Positions 1 through 15,600 of a stretch of DNA of 64,000 nucleotides are shown piece by piece. The notes beneath the pieces were generated by a model that worked only from the letters and a program-made list of their open reading frames with translations, was not told where the DNA came from and did no database searches. Position 1 is the stretch's first letter; the number at the start of each line of letters is the position of its first letter. A program made the position numbers and the translations under genes. The stretch covers positions 2,914,001-2,978,000 of the forward strand of contig OZ024757.1 in the NCBI GenBank assembly GCA_964016885.1, in the 5' to 3' direction. The DNA is from Eledone cirrhosa (Eukaryota).

Positions 1-3000
1 CTCTCAATTCAGAGTTTCCTTCCTGAGACATTCTAAGCACATGTCTATAGCATCAGAGCTGTGATCTCTAAATTCAGAAATTCTATCCTGAGATATTCTA
101 ACCACATATCGGTAGTATCAGAGCTGTGATCTCTCAATTCAGAGATTCTTTCCTGAGACATTCAAACCACATGTCTGTAGTATCAGAGGTGTGATCTCTC
201 AATTCAAAGATTATTTCCTGAGACATTCTAACTACATGTCTGTAGTATCAGAGCTGTGATCTGTCAATTCAGAGATTCTTTCCAGAGACATTCTAACCAC
301 ATGACCATAGTATCAGAGCTGTGATCTCTCAATTCAGAGATTCTTTCCAGAGACATTCTAACCACATGTCTACAGTATCAGAGATGTGATCTCTCCATTC
401 AGAGATTCTTTCCTGAGACATTCTAACCACATGTCTGTAGTATCAGAGCTGTGATATCTCAATTCAGAGATTCTTTCCTGAGACATTCTAATCACATGGC
501 TGTAGTATCAGAGCTGTGATCTCTCAATTCAGAGACTCTTTCCTGAGGCATTCTAACCACATGTCTAAAGTGTCAGAGCTGTGATCTCTCAATTCAGAGA
601 TTCTTTCCTGAGACATTCAAACCACATGTCTGTAGTATCAGAGGTGTGATCTCTCAATTCAAAGATTCTTTCCTGAGACATTCTAACTACATGTCTGTAG
701 TATCAGAGCTGTAATCTCTCAATTCATAGATTCTTTGCAGAGACATTCTAACCCCATGACCATAGTATCAGAGCTGTGATCTCTCAATTCAGAGGTTCTT
801 TCCAGAGACGTTCTAACCACATGTCTATCGTATCAGAGCTGTGATCTCTCCATTGAGAGATTATTTCCTGAGACATTCTAACCACATGGCTGTAGTATCA
901 GGGCTGTGATCTCTCAATTCAAAGATTCTTTCCTGAGATAATTCTAACCACATATCTATAGTATCAGAGCTGTGATCTCTCAATTCAAAGACTCTTTCCA
1001 GAGATATTCTTACCACATGTCTGTAGTATCAGAGCTGTGATCTCTCAATTCAGAGATTCTTTCCTGAGACATTCTAACCACATGTCTGTAGTATCAGAGC
1101 TGTGATCTCTCAATTCAGAGATTCTTTCCTGAGACATTCTAGCCACATGTCTATAGTATCAGAACTGTGATCTCTCAATTCAGAGATTCTTTCCTGAGTG
1201 ATTCTAACCACATGTCAGTAGTATCAGAGCTGTGATCTCTCAATTCAGAGATTCTTTCCTGAAACATTCTAACTACATGTCTGTAGTATCAGAGCTGTGA
1301 TCTGTCAATTCAGAGATTCTTTCCAGAGACATTCTAACCACATGTCTAAAGTATCAGAGCTGTGATCTCTCAATTCAGAGATTCTTTCCTGAGACATTCA
1401 AACCACATGTCTGTAGTATCAGAGGTGTGATCTCTCAATTCAAAGATTCTTTCCTGAGACATTCTAACTACATGTCTGTAGTATCAGAGCTGTGATCTGT
1501 CAATTCAGAGATTCTTTCCAGAGACATTCTAACCACATGACCATAGTATCAGAGCTGTGATCTCTCAATTCAGAGATTCTTTCCAGAGACATTCTAACCA
1601 CATGTCTACAGTATCAGAGATGTGATCTCTCCATTCAGAGATTCTTTCCTGAGACATTCTAACCACATGTCTGTAGTATCAGAGCTGTGATATCTCAATT
1701 CAGAGATTCTTTCCTGACACATTCTAACCACACGTCTATACTATCAGAGCTGTGATCTCTCAATTCAAAGATTCTTTCCTGATATAATTCTAACCACATA
1801 TCTATAGTATCAGAGCTGTGATCTCTCAATTCAAAGATTCTTTCGAGAGATATTCTTACCACATGTTTGTAGTATCAGAGCTGTGATCTCTCAATTCAGA
1901 GATTCTTTCCTGAGACATTCTAACCACATGTCTGTAGTATCAGAGCTGTGATCTCTCAATTCAGAGATTCTTTCCAGAGACATTCTAGCCACATGTCTAT
2001 AGTATCAGAGCTGTGATTTCTCAATTCAGAGATTCTTTCCTGAGTGATTCTAACCACATGTCTGTAGTATCAGAGGTGTGATTTCTCAATTCAGAGATTC
2101 TTTCCTGAGACATTCTAAACAGATGTCTATAGTTTCAGAGCTTTGATCTCTCAATTCAGAGAGTCTTTCCTGAGACATTCTAACCACATGTCTATAGTAT
2201 CAGAGCTGTGATCTCTCAATTCAGAGATTCTTTCCTGAGACATTCTAGCCACATGGCTGTAGTATCAGGGCTGTGATCTCTCAATTCAAAGATTCTTTCC
2301 TGAAATAATTCTAACCACATATCTATAGTATTAGAGCTGTGATCTCTCAATTCAAAGATTCTTTCCAGAGATATTCTTACCACATGTCTGTAGTATCAGA
2401 GCTGTGATCTCACAATTCAGAGATTCTTTCCTGAGACATTCTAGTCACATGTCTATAGTATCAGAGCTGTGATCTCTCAATTCAGAGATTATTTCCTGAG
2501 ACATTCTAACTACATGTCTGTAGTATCTGAGCTGTGATCTCTCAATTTAGAGATTCTTTCCTGAGACATTCTAACCACATATCTGTAGTATCGGAGCTGT
2601 GATCTCTCAATTCAGAGTTTCCTTCCTGAGACATTCTAAGCACATGTCTATAGCATCAGAGCTGTGATCTCTAAATTCAGAAATTCTATCCTGAGATATT
2701 CTAACCACATATCGGTAGTATCAGAGCTGTGATCTCTCAATTCAGAGATTCTTTCCTGAGACATTCAAACCACATGTCTGTAGTATCAGAGGTGTGATCT
2801 CTCAATTCAAAGATTATTTCCTGAGACATTCTAACCTAATGACAATAGTATCAGAGCTGTGATCTCTCAATTCAGAGATTCTTTCCAGAGACATTCTAAC
2901 CACATGACCATAGTATCAGAGCTGTGATCTCTCAATTCAGAGATTCTTTCCAGAGACATTCTAACCCAATGTCTATAGTATCAGAGATGTGATCTCCCCA

Positions 3001-3619
3001 TTCAGAGATTCTTTCCTGAGACATTCTAACCACATGTCTGTAGTATCGGAGCTGTGATCTCTCAATTCAGAGATTCTTTCCTGAGACATTCTAACCACAT
3101 GTCTATAGTGTCAGAGCTGTGATCTCTCAATTCAGAGATTCTTTCCTGAGACATTCTAATCACATGGCTGTAGTATCAGAGCTGTGATCTCTCAATTCAG
3201 AGACTCTTTCCTGAGGCATTCTAACCACATGTCTAAAGTGTCAGAGCTGTGATCTCTCAATTCAGAGATTCTTTCCTGAGACATTCAAACCACATGTCTG
3301 TAGTATCAGAGGTGTGATCTCTCAATTCAAAGATTCTTTCCTGAGACATTCTAACTACATGTCTGTAGTATCAGAGCTGTAATCTCTCAATTCATAGATT
3401 CTTTGCAGAGACATTCTAACCCCATGACCATAGTATCAGAGCTGTGATCTCTCAATTCAGAGGTTCTTTCCAGAGACGTTCTAACCACATGTCTATAGTA
3501 TCAGAGCTGTGATCTCTCCATTGAGAGATTCTTTCCTGAGACATTCTAACCACATGGCTGTAGTATCAGAGCTGTGATCTCTCAATTCAAAGATTCTTTC
3601 CTGAGATAATTCTAACCAC

Positions 3620-6600
3620 ATATCTATAGTATCAGAGCTGTGATCTCTCAATTCAAAGACTCTTTCCAGAGATATTCTTACCACATGTCTGTAGTATCAG
3701 AGCTGTGATCTCTCAATTCAGAGATTCTTTCCTGAGACATTCTAACCACATGTCTGTAGTATCAGAGCTGTGATCTCTCAATTCAGAGATTCTTTCCTGA
3801 GACATTCTAGCCACATGTCTATAGTATCAGAACTGTGATCTCTCAATTCAGAGATTCTTTCCTGAGTGATTCTAACCACATGTCAGTAGTATCAGAGCTG
3901 TGATCTCTCAATTCAGAGATTCTTTCCTGAAACATTCTAACTACATGTCTGTAGTATCAGAGCTGTGATCCCTCAATTTAGAGATTCTTTCCTGAGACAT
4001 TCTAACCACATATCTGTAGTATCAGAGCTGTGATCTCTCAATTCAGAGTTTCTTTCCTGAGACATTCTAAGCACATGGCTGTAGTATCAGAGCTGTGATC
4101 TCTCAATTCAGAAATTCTTTCCTGAAATATTCTAACCACATATCGGTAGTATTAGAGCTGTGATCTCTCAATGCAGAGATTCTTTCCTGAGACATTCTAA
4201 CCACATGTCTAAAGTATCAGAGCTGTGATCTCTCAATTCAGAGATTCTTTCCTGAGACATTCAAACCACATGTCTGTAGTATCAGAGGTGTGATCTCTCA
4301 ATTCAAAGATTCTTTCCTGAGACATTCTAACTACATGTCTGTAGTATCAGAGCTGTGATCTGTCAATTCAGAGATTCTTTCCAGAGACATTCTAACCACA
4401 TGACCCTAGTATCAGAGCTGTGATCTCTCAATTCAGAGATTCTTTCCAGAGACATTCTAACCACATGTCTACAGTATCAGAGATGTGATCTCTCCATTCA
4501 GAGATTCTTTCCTGAGACATTCTAACCACATGTCTGTAGTATCAGAGCTGTGATATCTCAATTCAGAGATTCTTTCCTGACACATTCTAACCACACGTCT
4601 ATACTATCAGAGCTGTGATCTCTCAATTCAAAGATTCTTTCCTGATATAATTCTAACCACATATCTATAGTATCAGAGCTGTGATCTCCCAATTCAAAGA
4701 TTCTTTCGAGAGATATTCTTACCACATGTTTGTAGTATCAGAGCTGTGATCTCTCAATTCAGAGATTCTTTCCTGAGACATTCTAACCACATGTCTGTAG
4801 TATCAGAGCTGTGATCTCTCAATTCAGAGATTCTTTCCAGAGACATTCTAGCCACATGTCTATAGTATCAGAGCTGTGATTTCTCAATTCAGAGATTCTT
4901 TCCTGAGTGATTCTAACCACATGTCTGTAGTATCAGAGGTGTGATTTCTCAATTCAGAGATTCTTTCCTGAGACATTCTAACCAGATGTCTATAGTTTCA
5001 GAGCTTTGATCTCTCAATTCAGAGAGTCTTTCCTGAGACATTCTAACCACATGTCTATAGTATCAGAGCTGTGATCTCTCAATTCAGAGATTCTTTCCTG
5101 AGACATTCTAGCCACATGGCTGTAGTATCAGGGCTGTTATCTCTCAATTCAAAGATTCTTTCCTGAGATAATTCTAACCACATATCTATAGTATCAGAGC
5201 TGTGATCTCTCAATTCAAAGATTCTTTCCAGAGATATTCTTACCACATGTCTGTAGTATCAGAGCTGTGATCTCACAATTCAGAGATTCTTTCCTGAGAC
5301 ATTCTAACCACATGTCTGTAGTATCGGAGCTGTGATCTCTCAATTCAGAGATTCTTTCCTGAGACATTCTAGCCACATGTCTAAAGTATCAGAGCTGTGA
5401 TCTCTCAATTCAGAGATTCTTTCCTGAGTGATTCTAACCACATGTCAGTAGTATCAGAGGTGTGATCTCTCAATTCAGAGATTCTTTCCTGAGACATTCT
5501 AACCACATGTCTACAGTATCAGAGATGTGATCTCTCCATTCAGAGATTCTTTCGTGAGACATTCTAACCACATTTCTGTAGTATCAGAGCTGTGATCTCT
5601 CAATTAAGAGATTCTTTCCTGAGACATTCTAACCACATGGCTGTAGTATCAGAGCTGTGATCTCTCAATTCAAAGATTCTTTCCTAATATAATTCTAACC
5701 ACATATCTATAGTATCAGAGCTGTGATCTCTCAATTCAAAGATTCTTTCGAGAGATATTCTTACCACATGTTTGTAGTATCAGAGCTGTGATCTCTTAAT
5801 TCAGAGATTCTTTCCTGAGACATTCTAACCACATGTCTGTAGTATCAGAGCTGTGATCTCTCAATTCAGAGATTCTTTCCAGAGACATTCTAGCCACATG
5901 TCTATAGTATCAGAGCTGTGATCTCTCAATTCAGAGATTCTTTCCTGAGTGATTCTATCCACATGTCTGTAGTATCAGAGGTGTGATTTCTCAATTCAGA
6001 GATTCTTTCCTGAGACATTCTAACCAGATGTCTATAGTTTCAGAGCTTTGATCTCTCAATTCAGAGATTCTTTCCTGAGACATTCTAAACACATGGCTGT
6101 AGTATCAGAGCTGTGATCTCTCAATTCAAAGATTCATTCCTGAGATAATTCTAACCCCATATCTATAGTATCAGAGCTGTGATCTCTCAATTCAGAAATT
6201 CTTTCCTGAGACATTCTAACCACATATCGGTAGTATCAGAGCTGTGATCTCTCAATGCAGAGATTCTTTCCTGACACATTCTAAGCACATGTCTATAGTA
6301 TCAGAGCTGTGATCTCTCAAATCAGAGATTCTTTCCTGAGGCATTCTAACCACATGTCTAAAGTATCAGAGCTGTGATCTCTCAATTCAGAGATTCTTTC
6401 CTGAGACATTCAAACCACATGTCTATAGTATCAGAGCTGTGATCTCTCAATTCAGAGATTCTTTCCTGAGACATTCAAACCACATGTCTATAGTATCAGA
6501 GCTGTGATCTCTCAATTCAAAGATTCTTTCCTGAGACATTCTAACTACACATCTGTAGTATCAGAGCTGTAATCTCTCAATTCATAGATTATTTCCAGAG

Positions 6601-9600
6601 ACATTCTAACCACATGACCATAGTATCAGAGCTGTAATCTCTCAATTCAGAGATTCTTTCCAGAGACATTCTAACCACATGTCTATAGTATCAGCGCTGT
6701 GATCTCTCCATTCAGAGATTCTTTTACTGAGACATTCTAACCACATGTCTGTAGTATCAGAGCTGTGATCTCTCAATTCAGAGATTCTTTCCTGAGACAT
6801 TCTAACCACATGGCTGTAGTATCAGAGCTGTCATCTCTCAATTCAAAGATTCATTCCTGAGATAATTCTAACCCCATATCTATAGTATCAGAGGTGTGAT
6901 CTCTCAATTCAAAGACTCTTTCCAGAGATATTCTTACCACATGTCTGTAGTATCAGAGCTGTGATCTCTCAATTCAGAGATTCTTTCCTGAGACATTCTA
7001 ACCACATGTCTGTAGTATCAGAGCTGTGATCTCTCAATTCAGAGATTCTTTCCTGAGACATTCTAGCCACATGTCTATAGTATCAGAACTGTGATCTCTC
7101 AATTCAGAGATTCTTTCCTGAGTGATTCTAACCACATGTCAGTAGTATCAGAGCTGTGATGTCTCAATTCAGAGATTCTTTCCTGAAACATTCTAACTAC
7201 ATGTCTGTAGTATCAGAGCTGTGATCCCTCAATTTAGAGATTCTTTCCTGAGACATTCTAACCACATATCTGTAGTATCAGAGCTGTGATCTCTCAATTC
7301 AGAGTTTCTTTCCTGAGACATTCTAAGCACATGGCTGTAGTATCAGAGCTGTGATCTCTCAATTCAGAAATTCTTTCCTGAAATATTCTAACCACATATC
7401 GGTAGTATTAGAGCTGTGATCTCTCAATGCAGAGATTCTTTCCTGAGACATTCTAACCACATGTCTAAAGTATCAGAGCTGTGATCTCTCAATTCAGAGA
7501 TTCTTTCCTGAGACATTCAAACCACATGTCTGTAGTATCAGAGGTGTGATCTCTCAATTCAAAGATTCTTTCCTGAGACATTCTAACTACATGTCTGTAG
7601 TATCAGAGCTGTGATCTGTCAATTCAGAGATTCTTTCCAGAGACATTCTAACCACATGACCATAGTATCAGAGCTGTGATCTCTCAATTCAGAGATTCTT
7701 TCCTGAGACATTCTAACCACATGTCTACAGTATCAGAGATGTGATCTCTCCATTCAGAGATTCTTTCCTGAGACATTCTAACTACATGTCTGTAGTATCA
7801 GAGCTGTGATCTGTCAATTCAGAGATTCTTTCCAGAGACATTCTAACCACATGTCAGTAGTATCAGAGGTGTGATCTCTCAATTCAGAGATTCTTTCCTG
7901 AGACATTCTAACCACATGTCTACAGTATCAGAGATGTGATCTCTCCATTCAGAGATTCTTTCGTGAGACATTCTAACCACATTTCTGTAGTATCAGAGCT
8001 GTGATCTCTCAATTAAGAGATTCTTTCCTGAGACATTCTAACCACATGGCTGTAGTATCAGAGCTGTGATCTCTCAATTCAAAGATTCTTTCCTAATATA
8101 ATTCTAACCACATATCTATAGTATCAGAGCTGTGATCTCTCAATTCAAAGATTCTTTCGAGAGATATTCTTACCACATGTTTGTAGTATCAGAGCTGTGA
8201 TCTCTCAATTCAGAGATTCATTCCTGAGACATTCTAACCACATGTCTGTAGTATCAGAGCTGTGATCTCTCAATTCAGAGATTCTTTCCAGAGACATTCT
8301 AGCCACATGTCTATAGTATCAGAGCTGTGATCTCTCAATTCAGAGATTCTTTCCTGAGTGATTCTATCCACATGTCTGTAGTATCAGAGGTGTGATTTCT
8401 CAATTCAGAGATTCTTTCCTGAGACATTCTAACCAGATGTCTATAGTTTCAGAGATTTGATCTCTCAATTCAGAGATTCTTTCCTGAGACATTCTAAACA
8501 CATGGCTGTAGTATCAGAGCTGTGATCTCTCAATTCAAAGATTCATTCCTGAGATAATTCTAACCCCATATCTATAGTATCAGAGCTGTGATCTCTCAAT
8601 TCAGAAATTCTTTCCTGAGACATTCTAACCACATATCGGTAGTATCAGAGCTGTGATCTCTCAATGCAGAGATTCTTTCCTGACACATTCTAAGCACATG
8701 TCTATAGTATCAGAGCTGTGATCTCTCAAATCAGAGATTCTTTCCTGAGGCATTCTAACCACATGTCTAAAGTATCAGAGCTGTGATCTCTCAATTCAGA
8801 GATTCTTTCCTGAGACATTCAAACCACATGTCTATAGTATCAGAGCTGTGATCTCTCAATTCAGAGATTCTTTCCTGAGACATTCAAACCACATGTCTAT
8901 AGTATCAGAGCTGTGATCTCTCAATTCAAAGATTCTTTCCTGAGACATTCTAACTACACATCTGTAGTATCAGAGCTGTAATCTCTCAATTCATAGATTC
9001 TTTCCAGAGACATTCTAACCACATGACCATAGTATCAGAGCTGTAATCTCTCAATTCAGAGATTCTTTCCAGAGACATTCTAACCACATGTCTATAGTAT
9101 CAGCGCTGTGATCTCTCCATTCAGAGATTCTTTTACTGAGACATTCTAACCACATGTCTGTAGTATCAGAGCTGTGATCTCTCAATTCAGAGATTCTTTC
9201 CTGAGACATTCTAACCACATGGCTGTAGTATCAGAGCTGTCATCTCTCAATTCAAAGATTCATTCCTGAGATAATTCTAACCCCATATCTATAGTATCAG
9301 AGCTGTGATCTCTCAATTCAAAGACTCTTTCCAGAGATATTCTTACCACATGTCTGTAGTATCAGAGCTGTGATCTCTCAATTCAGAGATTCTTTCCTGA
9401 GACATTCTAACCACATGTCTGTAGTATCAGAGCTGTGATCTCTCAATTCAGAGATTCTTTCCTGAGACATTCTAGCCACATGTCTATAGTATCAGAACTG
9501 TGATCTCTCAATTCAGAGATTCTTTCCTGAGTGATTCTAACCACATGTCAGTAGTATCAGAGCTGTGATCTCTCAATTCAGAGATTCTTTCCTGAAACAT

Positions 9601-12600
9601 TCTAACTACATGTCTGTAGTATCAGAGCTGTGATCCCTCAATTTAGAGATTCTTTCCTGAGACATTCTAACCACATATCTGTAGTATCAGAGCTGTGATC
9701 TCTCAATTCAGAGTTTCTTTCCTGAGACATTCTAAGCACATGGCTGTAGTATCAGAGCTGTGATCTCTCAATTCAGAAATTCTTTCCTGAAATATTCTAA
9801 CCACATATCGGTAGTATTAGAGCTGTGATCTCTCAATGCAGAGATTCTTTCCTGAGACATTCTAACCACATGTCTAAAGTATCAGAGCTGTGATCTCTCA
9901 ATTCAGAGATTCTTTCCTGAGACATTCAAACCACATGTCTGTAGTATCAGAGGTGTGATCTCTCAATTCAAAGATTCTTTCCTGAGACATTCTAACTACA
10001 TGTCTGTAGTATCAGAGCTGTGATCTGTCAATTCAGAGATTCTTTCCAGAGACATTCTAACCACATGACCATAGTATCAGAGCTGTGATCTCTCAATTCA
10101 GAGATTCTTTCCAGAGACATTCTAACCACATGTCTACAGTATCAGAGATGTGATCTCTCCATTCAGAGATTCTTTCCTGAGACATTCTAACCACATGTCT
10201 GTAGTATCAGAGCTGTGATATCTCAATTCAGAGATTCTTTCCTGACACATTCTAACCACACGTCTATACTATCAGAGCTGTGATCTCTCAATTCAAAGAT
10301 TCTTTCCTGATATAATTCTAACCACATATCTATAGTATCAGAGCTGTGATCTCTCAATTCAAAGATTCTTTCGAGAGATATTCTTACCACATGTTTGTAG
10401 TATCAGAGCTGTGATCTCTCAATTCAGAGATTCTTTCCTGAGACATTCTAACCACATGTCTGTAGTATCAGAGCTGTGATCTCTCAATTCAGAGATTCTT
10501 TCCAGAGACATTCTAGCCACATGTCTATAGTATCAGAGCTGTGATTTCTCAATTCAGAGATTCTTTCCTGAGTGATTCTAACCACATGTCTGTAGTATCA
10601 GAGGTGTGATTTCTCAATTCAGAGATTCTTTCCTGAGACATTCTAACCAGATGTCTATAGTTTCAGAGCTTTGATCTCTCAATTCAGAGAGTCTTTCCTG
10701 AGACATTCTAACCACATGTCTATAGTATCAGAGCTGTGATCTCTCAATTCAGAGATTCTTTCCTGAGACATTCTAGCCACATGGCTGTAGTATCAGGGCT
10801 GTGATCTCTCAATTCAAAGATTCTTTCCTGAGATAATTCTAACCACATATCTATAGTATCAGAGCTGTGATCTCTCAATTCAAAGATTCTTTCCAGAGAT
10901 ATTCTTACCACATGTCTGTAGTATCAGAGCTGTGATCTCACAATTCAGAGATTCTTTCCTGAGACATTCTAACCACATGTCTGTAGTATCGGAGCTGTGA
11001 TCTCTCAATTCAGAGATTCTTTCCTGAGACATTCTAGCCACATGTCTAAAGTATCAGAGCTGTGATCTCTCAATTCAGAGATTCTTTCCTGAGTGATTCT
11101 AACCACATGTCAGTAGTATCAGAGGTGTGATCACTCAATTCAGAGATTCTTTCCTGAGACATTCTAACCACATGTCTACAGTATCAGAGATGTGATCTCT
11201 CCATTCAGAGATTCTTTCGTGAGACATTCTAACCACATTTCTGTAGTATCAGAGCTGTGATCTCTCAATTAAGAGATTCTTTCCTGAGACATTCTAACCA
11301 CATGGCTGTAGTATCAGAGCTGTGATCTCTCAATTCAAAGATTCTTTCCTAATATAATTCTAACCACATATCTATAGTATCAGAGCTGTGATCTCTCAAT
11401 TCAAAGATTCTTTCGAGAGATATTCTTACCACATGTTTGTAGTATCAGAGCTGTGATCTCTTAATTCAGAGATTCTTTCCTGAGACATTCTAACCACATG
11501 TCTGTAGTATCAGAGCTGTGATCTCTCAATTCAGAGATTCTTTCCAGAGACATTCTAGCCACATGTCTATAGTATCAGAGCTGTGATCTCTCAATTCAGA
11601 GATTCTTTCCTGAGTGATTCTATCCACATGTCTGTAGTATCAGAGGTGTGATTTCTCAATTCAGAGATTCTTTCCTGAGACATTCTAACCAGATGTCTAT
11701 AGTTTCAGAGCTTTGATCTCTCAATTCAGAGATTCTTTCCTGAGACATTCTAAACACATGGCTGTAGTATCAGAGCTGTGATCTCTCAATTCAAAGATTC
11801 ATTCCTGAGATAATTCTAACCCCATATCTATAGTATCAGAGCTGTGATCTCTCAATTCAGAAATTCTTTCCTGAGACATTCTAACCACATATCGGTAGTA
11901 TCAGAGCTGTGATCTCTCAATGCAGAGATTCTTTCCTGACACATTCTAAGCACATGTCTATAGTATCAGAGCTGTGATCTCTCAAATCAGAGATTCTTTC
12001 CTGAGGCATTCTAACCACATGTCTAAAGTATCAGAGCTGTGATCTCTCAATTCAGAGATTCTTTCCTGAGACATTCAAACCACATGTCTATAGTATCAGA
12101 GCTGTGATCTCTCAATTCAGAGATTCTTTCCTGAGACATTCAAACCACATGTCTATAGTATCAGAGCTGTGATCTCTCAATTCAAAGATTCTTTCCTGAG
12201 ACATTCTAACTACACATCTGTAGTATCAGAGCTGTAATCTCTCAATTCATAGATTATTTCCAGAGACATTCTAACCACATGACCATAGTATCAGAGCTGT
12301 AATCTCTCAATTCAGAGATTCTTTCCAGAGACATTCTAACCACATGTCTATAGTATCAGCGCTGTGATCTCTCCATTCAGAGATTCTTTTACTGAGACAT
12401 TCTAACCACATGTCTGTAGTATCAGAGCTGTCATCTCTCAATTCAGAGATTCTTTCCTGAGACATTCTAACCACATGGCTGTAGTATCAGAACTGTCATC
12501 TCTCAATTCAAAGATTCATTCCTGAGATAATTCTAACCCCATATCTATAGTATCAGAGGTGTGATCTCTCAATTCAAAGACTCTTTCCAGAGATATTCTT

Positions 12601-15600
12601 ACCACATGTCTGTAGTATCAGAGCTGTGATCTCTCAATTCAGAGATTCTTTCCTGAGACATTCTAACCACATGTCTGTAGTATCAGAGCTGTGATCTCTC
12701 AATTCAGAGATTCTTTCCTGAGACATTCTAGCCACATGTCTATAGTATCAGAACTGTGATCTCTCAATTCAGAGATTCTTTCCTGAGTGATTCTAACCAC
12801 ATGTCAGTAGTATCAGAGCTGTGATGTCTCAATTCAGAGATTCTTTCCTGAAACATTCTAACTACATGTCTGTAGTATCAGAGCTGTGATCCCTCAATTT
12901 AGAGATTCTTTCCTGAGACATTCTAACCACATATCTGTAGTATCAGAGCTGTGATCTCTCAATTCAGAGTTTCTTTCCTGAGACATTCTAAGCACATGGC
13001 TGTAGTATCAGAGCTGTGATCTCTCAATTCAGAAATTCTTTCCTGAAATATTCTAACCACATATCGGTAGTATTAGAGCTGTGATCTCTCAATGCAGAGA
13101 TTCTTTCCTGAGACATTCTAACCACATGTCTAAAGTATCAGAGCTGTGATCTCTCAATTCAGAGATTCTTTCCTGAGACATTCAAACCACATGTCTGTAG
13201 TATCAGAGGTGTGATCTCTCAATTCAAAGATTCTTTCCTGAGACATTCTAACTACATGTCTGTAGTATCAGAGCTGTGATCTGTCAATTCAGAGATTCTT
13301 TCCAGAGACATTCTAACCACATGACCATAGTATCAGAGCTGTGATCTCTCAATTCAGAGATTCTTTCCTGAGACATTCTAACCACATGTCTACAGTATCA
13401 GAGATGTGATCTCTCCATTCAGAGATTCTTTCCTGAGACATTCTAACTACATGTCTGTAGTATCAGAGCTGTGATCTGTCAATTCAGAGATTCTTTCCAG
13501 AGACATTCTAACCACATGTCAGTAGTATCAGAGGTGTGATCTCTCAATTCAGAGATTCTTTCCTGAGACATTCTAACCACATGTCTACAGTATCAGAGAT
13601 GTGATCTCTCCATTCAGAGATTCTTTCGTGAGACATTCTAACCACATTTCTGTAGTATCAGAGCTGTGATCTCTCAATTAAGAGATTCTTTCCTGAGACA
13701 TTCTAACCACATGGCTGTAGTATCAGAGCTGTGATCTCTCAATTCAAAGATTCTTTCCTAATATAATTCTAACCACATATCTATAGTATCAGAGCTGTGA
13801 TCTCTCAATTCAAAGATTCTTTCGAGAGATATTCTTACCACATGTTTGTAGTATCAGAGCTGTGATCTCTCAATTCAGAGATTCTTTCCTGAGACATTCT
13901 AACCACATGTCTGTAGTATCAGAGCTGTGATCTCTCAATTCAGAGATTCTTTCCAGAGACATTCTAGCCACATGTCTATAGTATCAGAGCTGTGATCTCT
14001 CAATTCAGAGATTCTTTCCTGAGTGATTCTATCCACATGTCTGTAGTATCAGAGGTGTGATTTCTCAATTCAGAGATTCTTTCCTGAGACATTCTAACCA
14101 GATGTCTATAGTTTCAGAGCTTTGATCTCTCAATTCAGAGATTCTTTCCTGAGACATTCTAAACACATGGCTGTAGTATCAGAGCTGTGATCTCTCAATT
14201 CAAAGATTCATTCCTGAGATAATTCTAACCCCATATCTATAGTATCAGAGCTGTGATCTCTCAATTCAGAAATTCTTTCCTGAGACATTCTAACCACATA
14301 TCGGTAGTATCAGAGCTGTGATCTCTCAATGCAGAGATTCTTTCCTGACACATTCTAAGCACATGTCTATAGTATCAGAGCTGTGATCTCTCAAATCAGA
14401 GATTCTTTCCTGAGGCATTCTAACCACATGTCTAAAGTATCAGAGCTGTGATCTCTCAATTCAGAGATTCTTTCCTGAGACATTCAAACCACATGTCTAT
14501 AGTATCAGAGCTGTGATCTCTCAATTCAGAGATTCTTTCCTGAGACATTCAAACCACATGTCTATAGTATCAGAGCTGTGATCTCTCAATTCAAAGATTC
14601 TTTCCTGAGACATTCTAACTACACATCTGTAGTATCAGAGCTGTAATCTCTCAATTCATAGATTCTTTCCAGAGACATTCTAACCACATGACCATAGTAT
14701 CAGAGCTGTAATCTCTCAATTCAGAGATTCTTTCCAGAGACATTCTAACCACATGTCTATAGTATCAGCGCTGTGATCTCTCCATTCAGAGATTCTTTTA
14801 CTGAGACATTCTAACCACATGTCTGTAGTATCAGAGCTGTGATCTCTCAATTCAGAGATTCTTTCCTGAGACATTCTAACCACATGGCTGTAGTATCAGA
14901 GCTGTCATCTCTCAATTCAAAGATTCATTCCTGAGATAATTCTAACCCCATATCTATAGTATCAGAGCTGTGATCTCTCAATTCAAAGACTCTTTCCAGA
15001 GATATTCTTACCACATGTCTGTAGTATCAGAGCTGTGATCTCTCAATTCAGAGATTCTTTCCTGAGACATTCTAACCACATGTCTGTAGTATCAGAGCTG
15101 TGATCTCTCAATTCAGAGATTCTTTCCTGAGACATTCTAGCCACATGTCTATAGTATCAGAACTGTGATCTCTCAATTCAGAGATTCTTTCCTGAGTGAT
15201 TCTAACCACATGTCAGTAGTATCAGAGCTGTGATCTCTCAATTCAGAGATTCTTTCCTGAAACATTCTAACTACATGTCTGTAGTATCAGAGCTGTGATC
15301 CCTCAATTTAGAGATTCTTTCCTGAGACATTCTAACCACATATCTGTAGTATCAGAGCTGTGATCTCTCAATTCAGAGTTTCTTTCCTGAGACATTCTAA
15401 GCACATGGCTGTAGTATCAGAGCTGTGATCTCTCAATTCAGAAATTCTTTCCTGAAATATTCTAACCACATATCGGTAGTATTAGAGCTGTGATCTCTCA
15501 ATGCAGAGATTCTTTCCTGAGACATTCTAACCACATGTCTAAAGTATCAGAGCTGTGATCTCTCAATTCAGAGATTCTTTCCTGAGACATTCAAACCACA

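Noticed and set aside
3493-3684. Short ORFs inside the satellite (also 22178, 25301, 30339, 37752, 63524)
   Set aside because: Chance stop-free translations of a 65/66-bp repeat; the period is mostly not a multiple of 3 and the peptides recur only because the DNA does.
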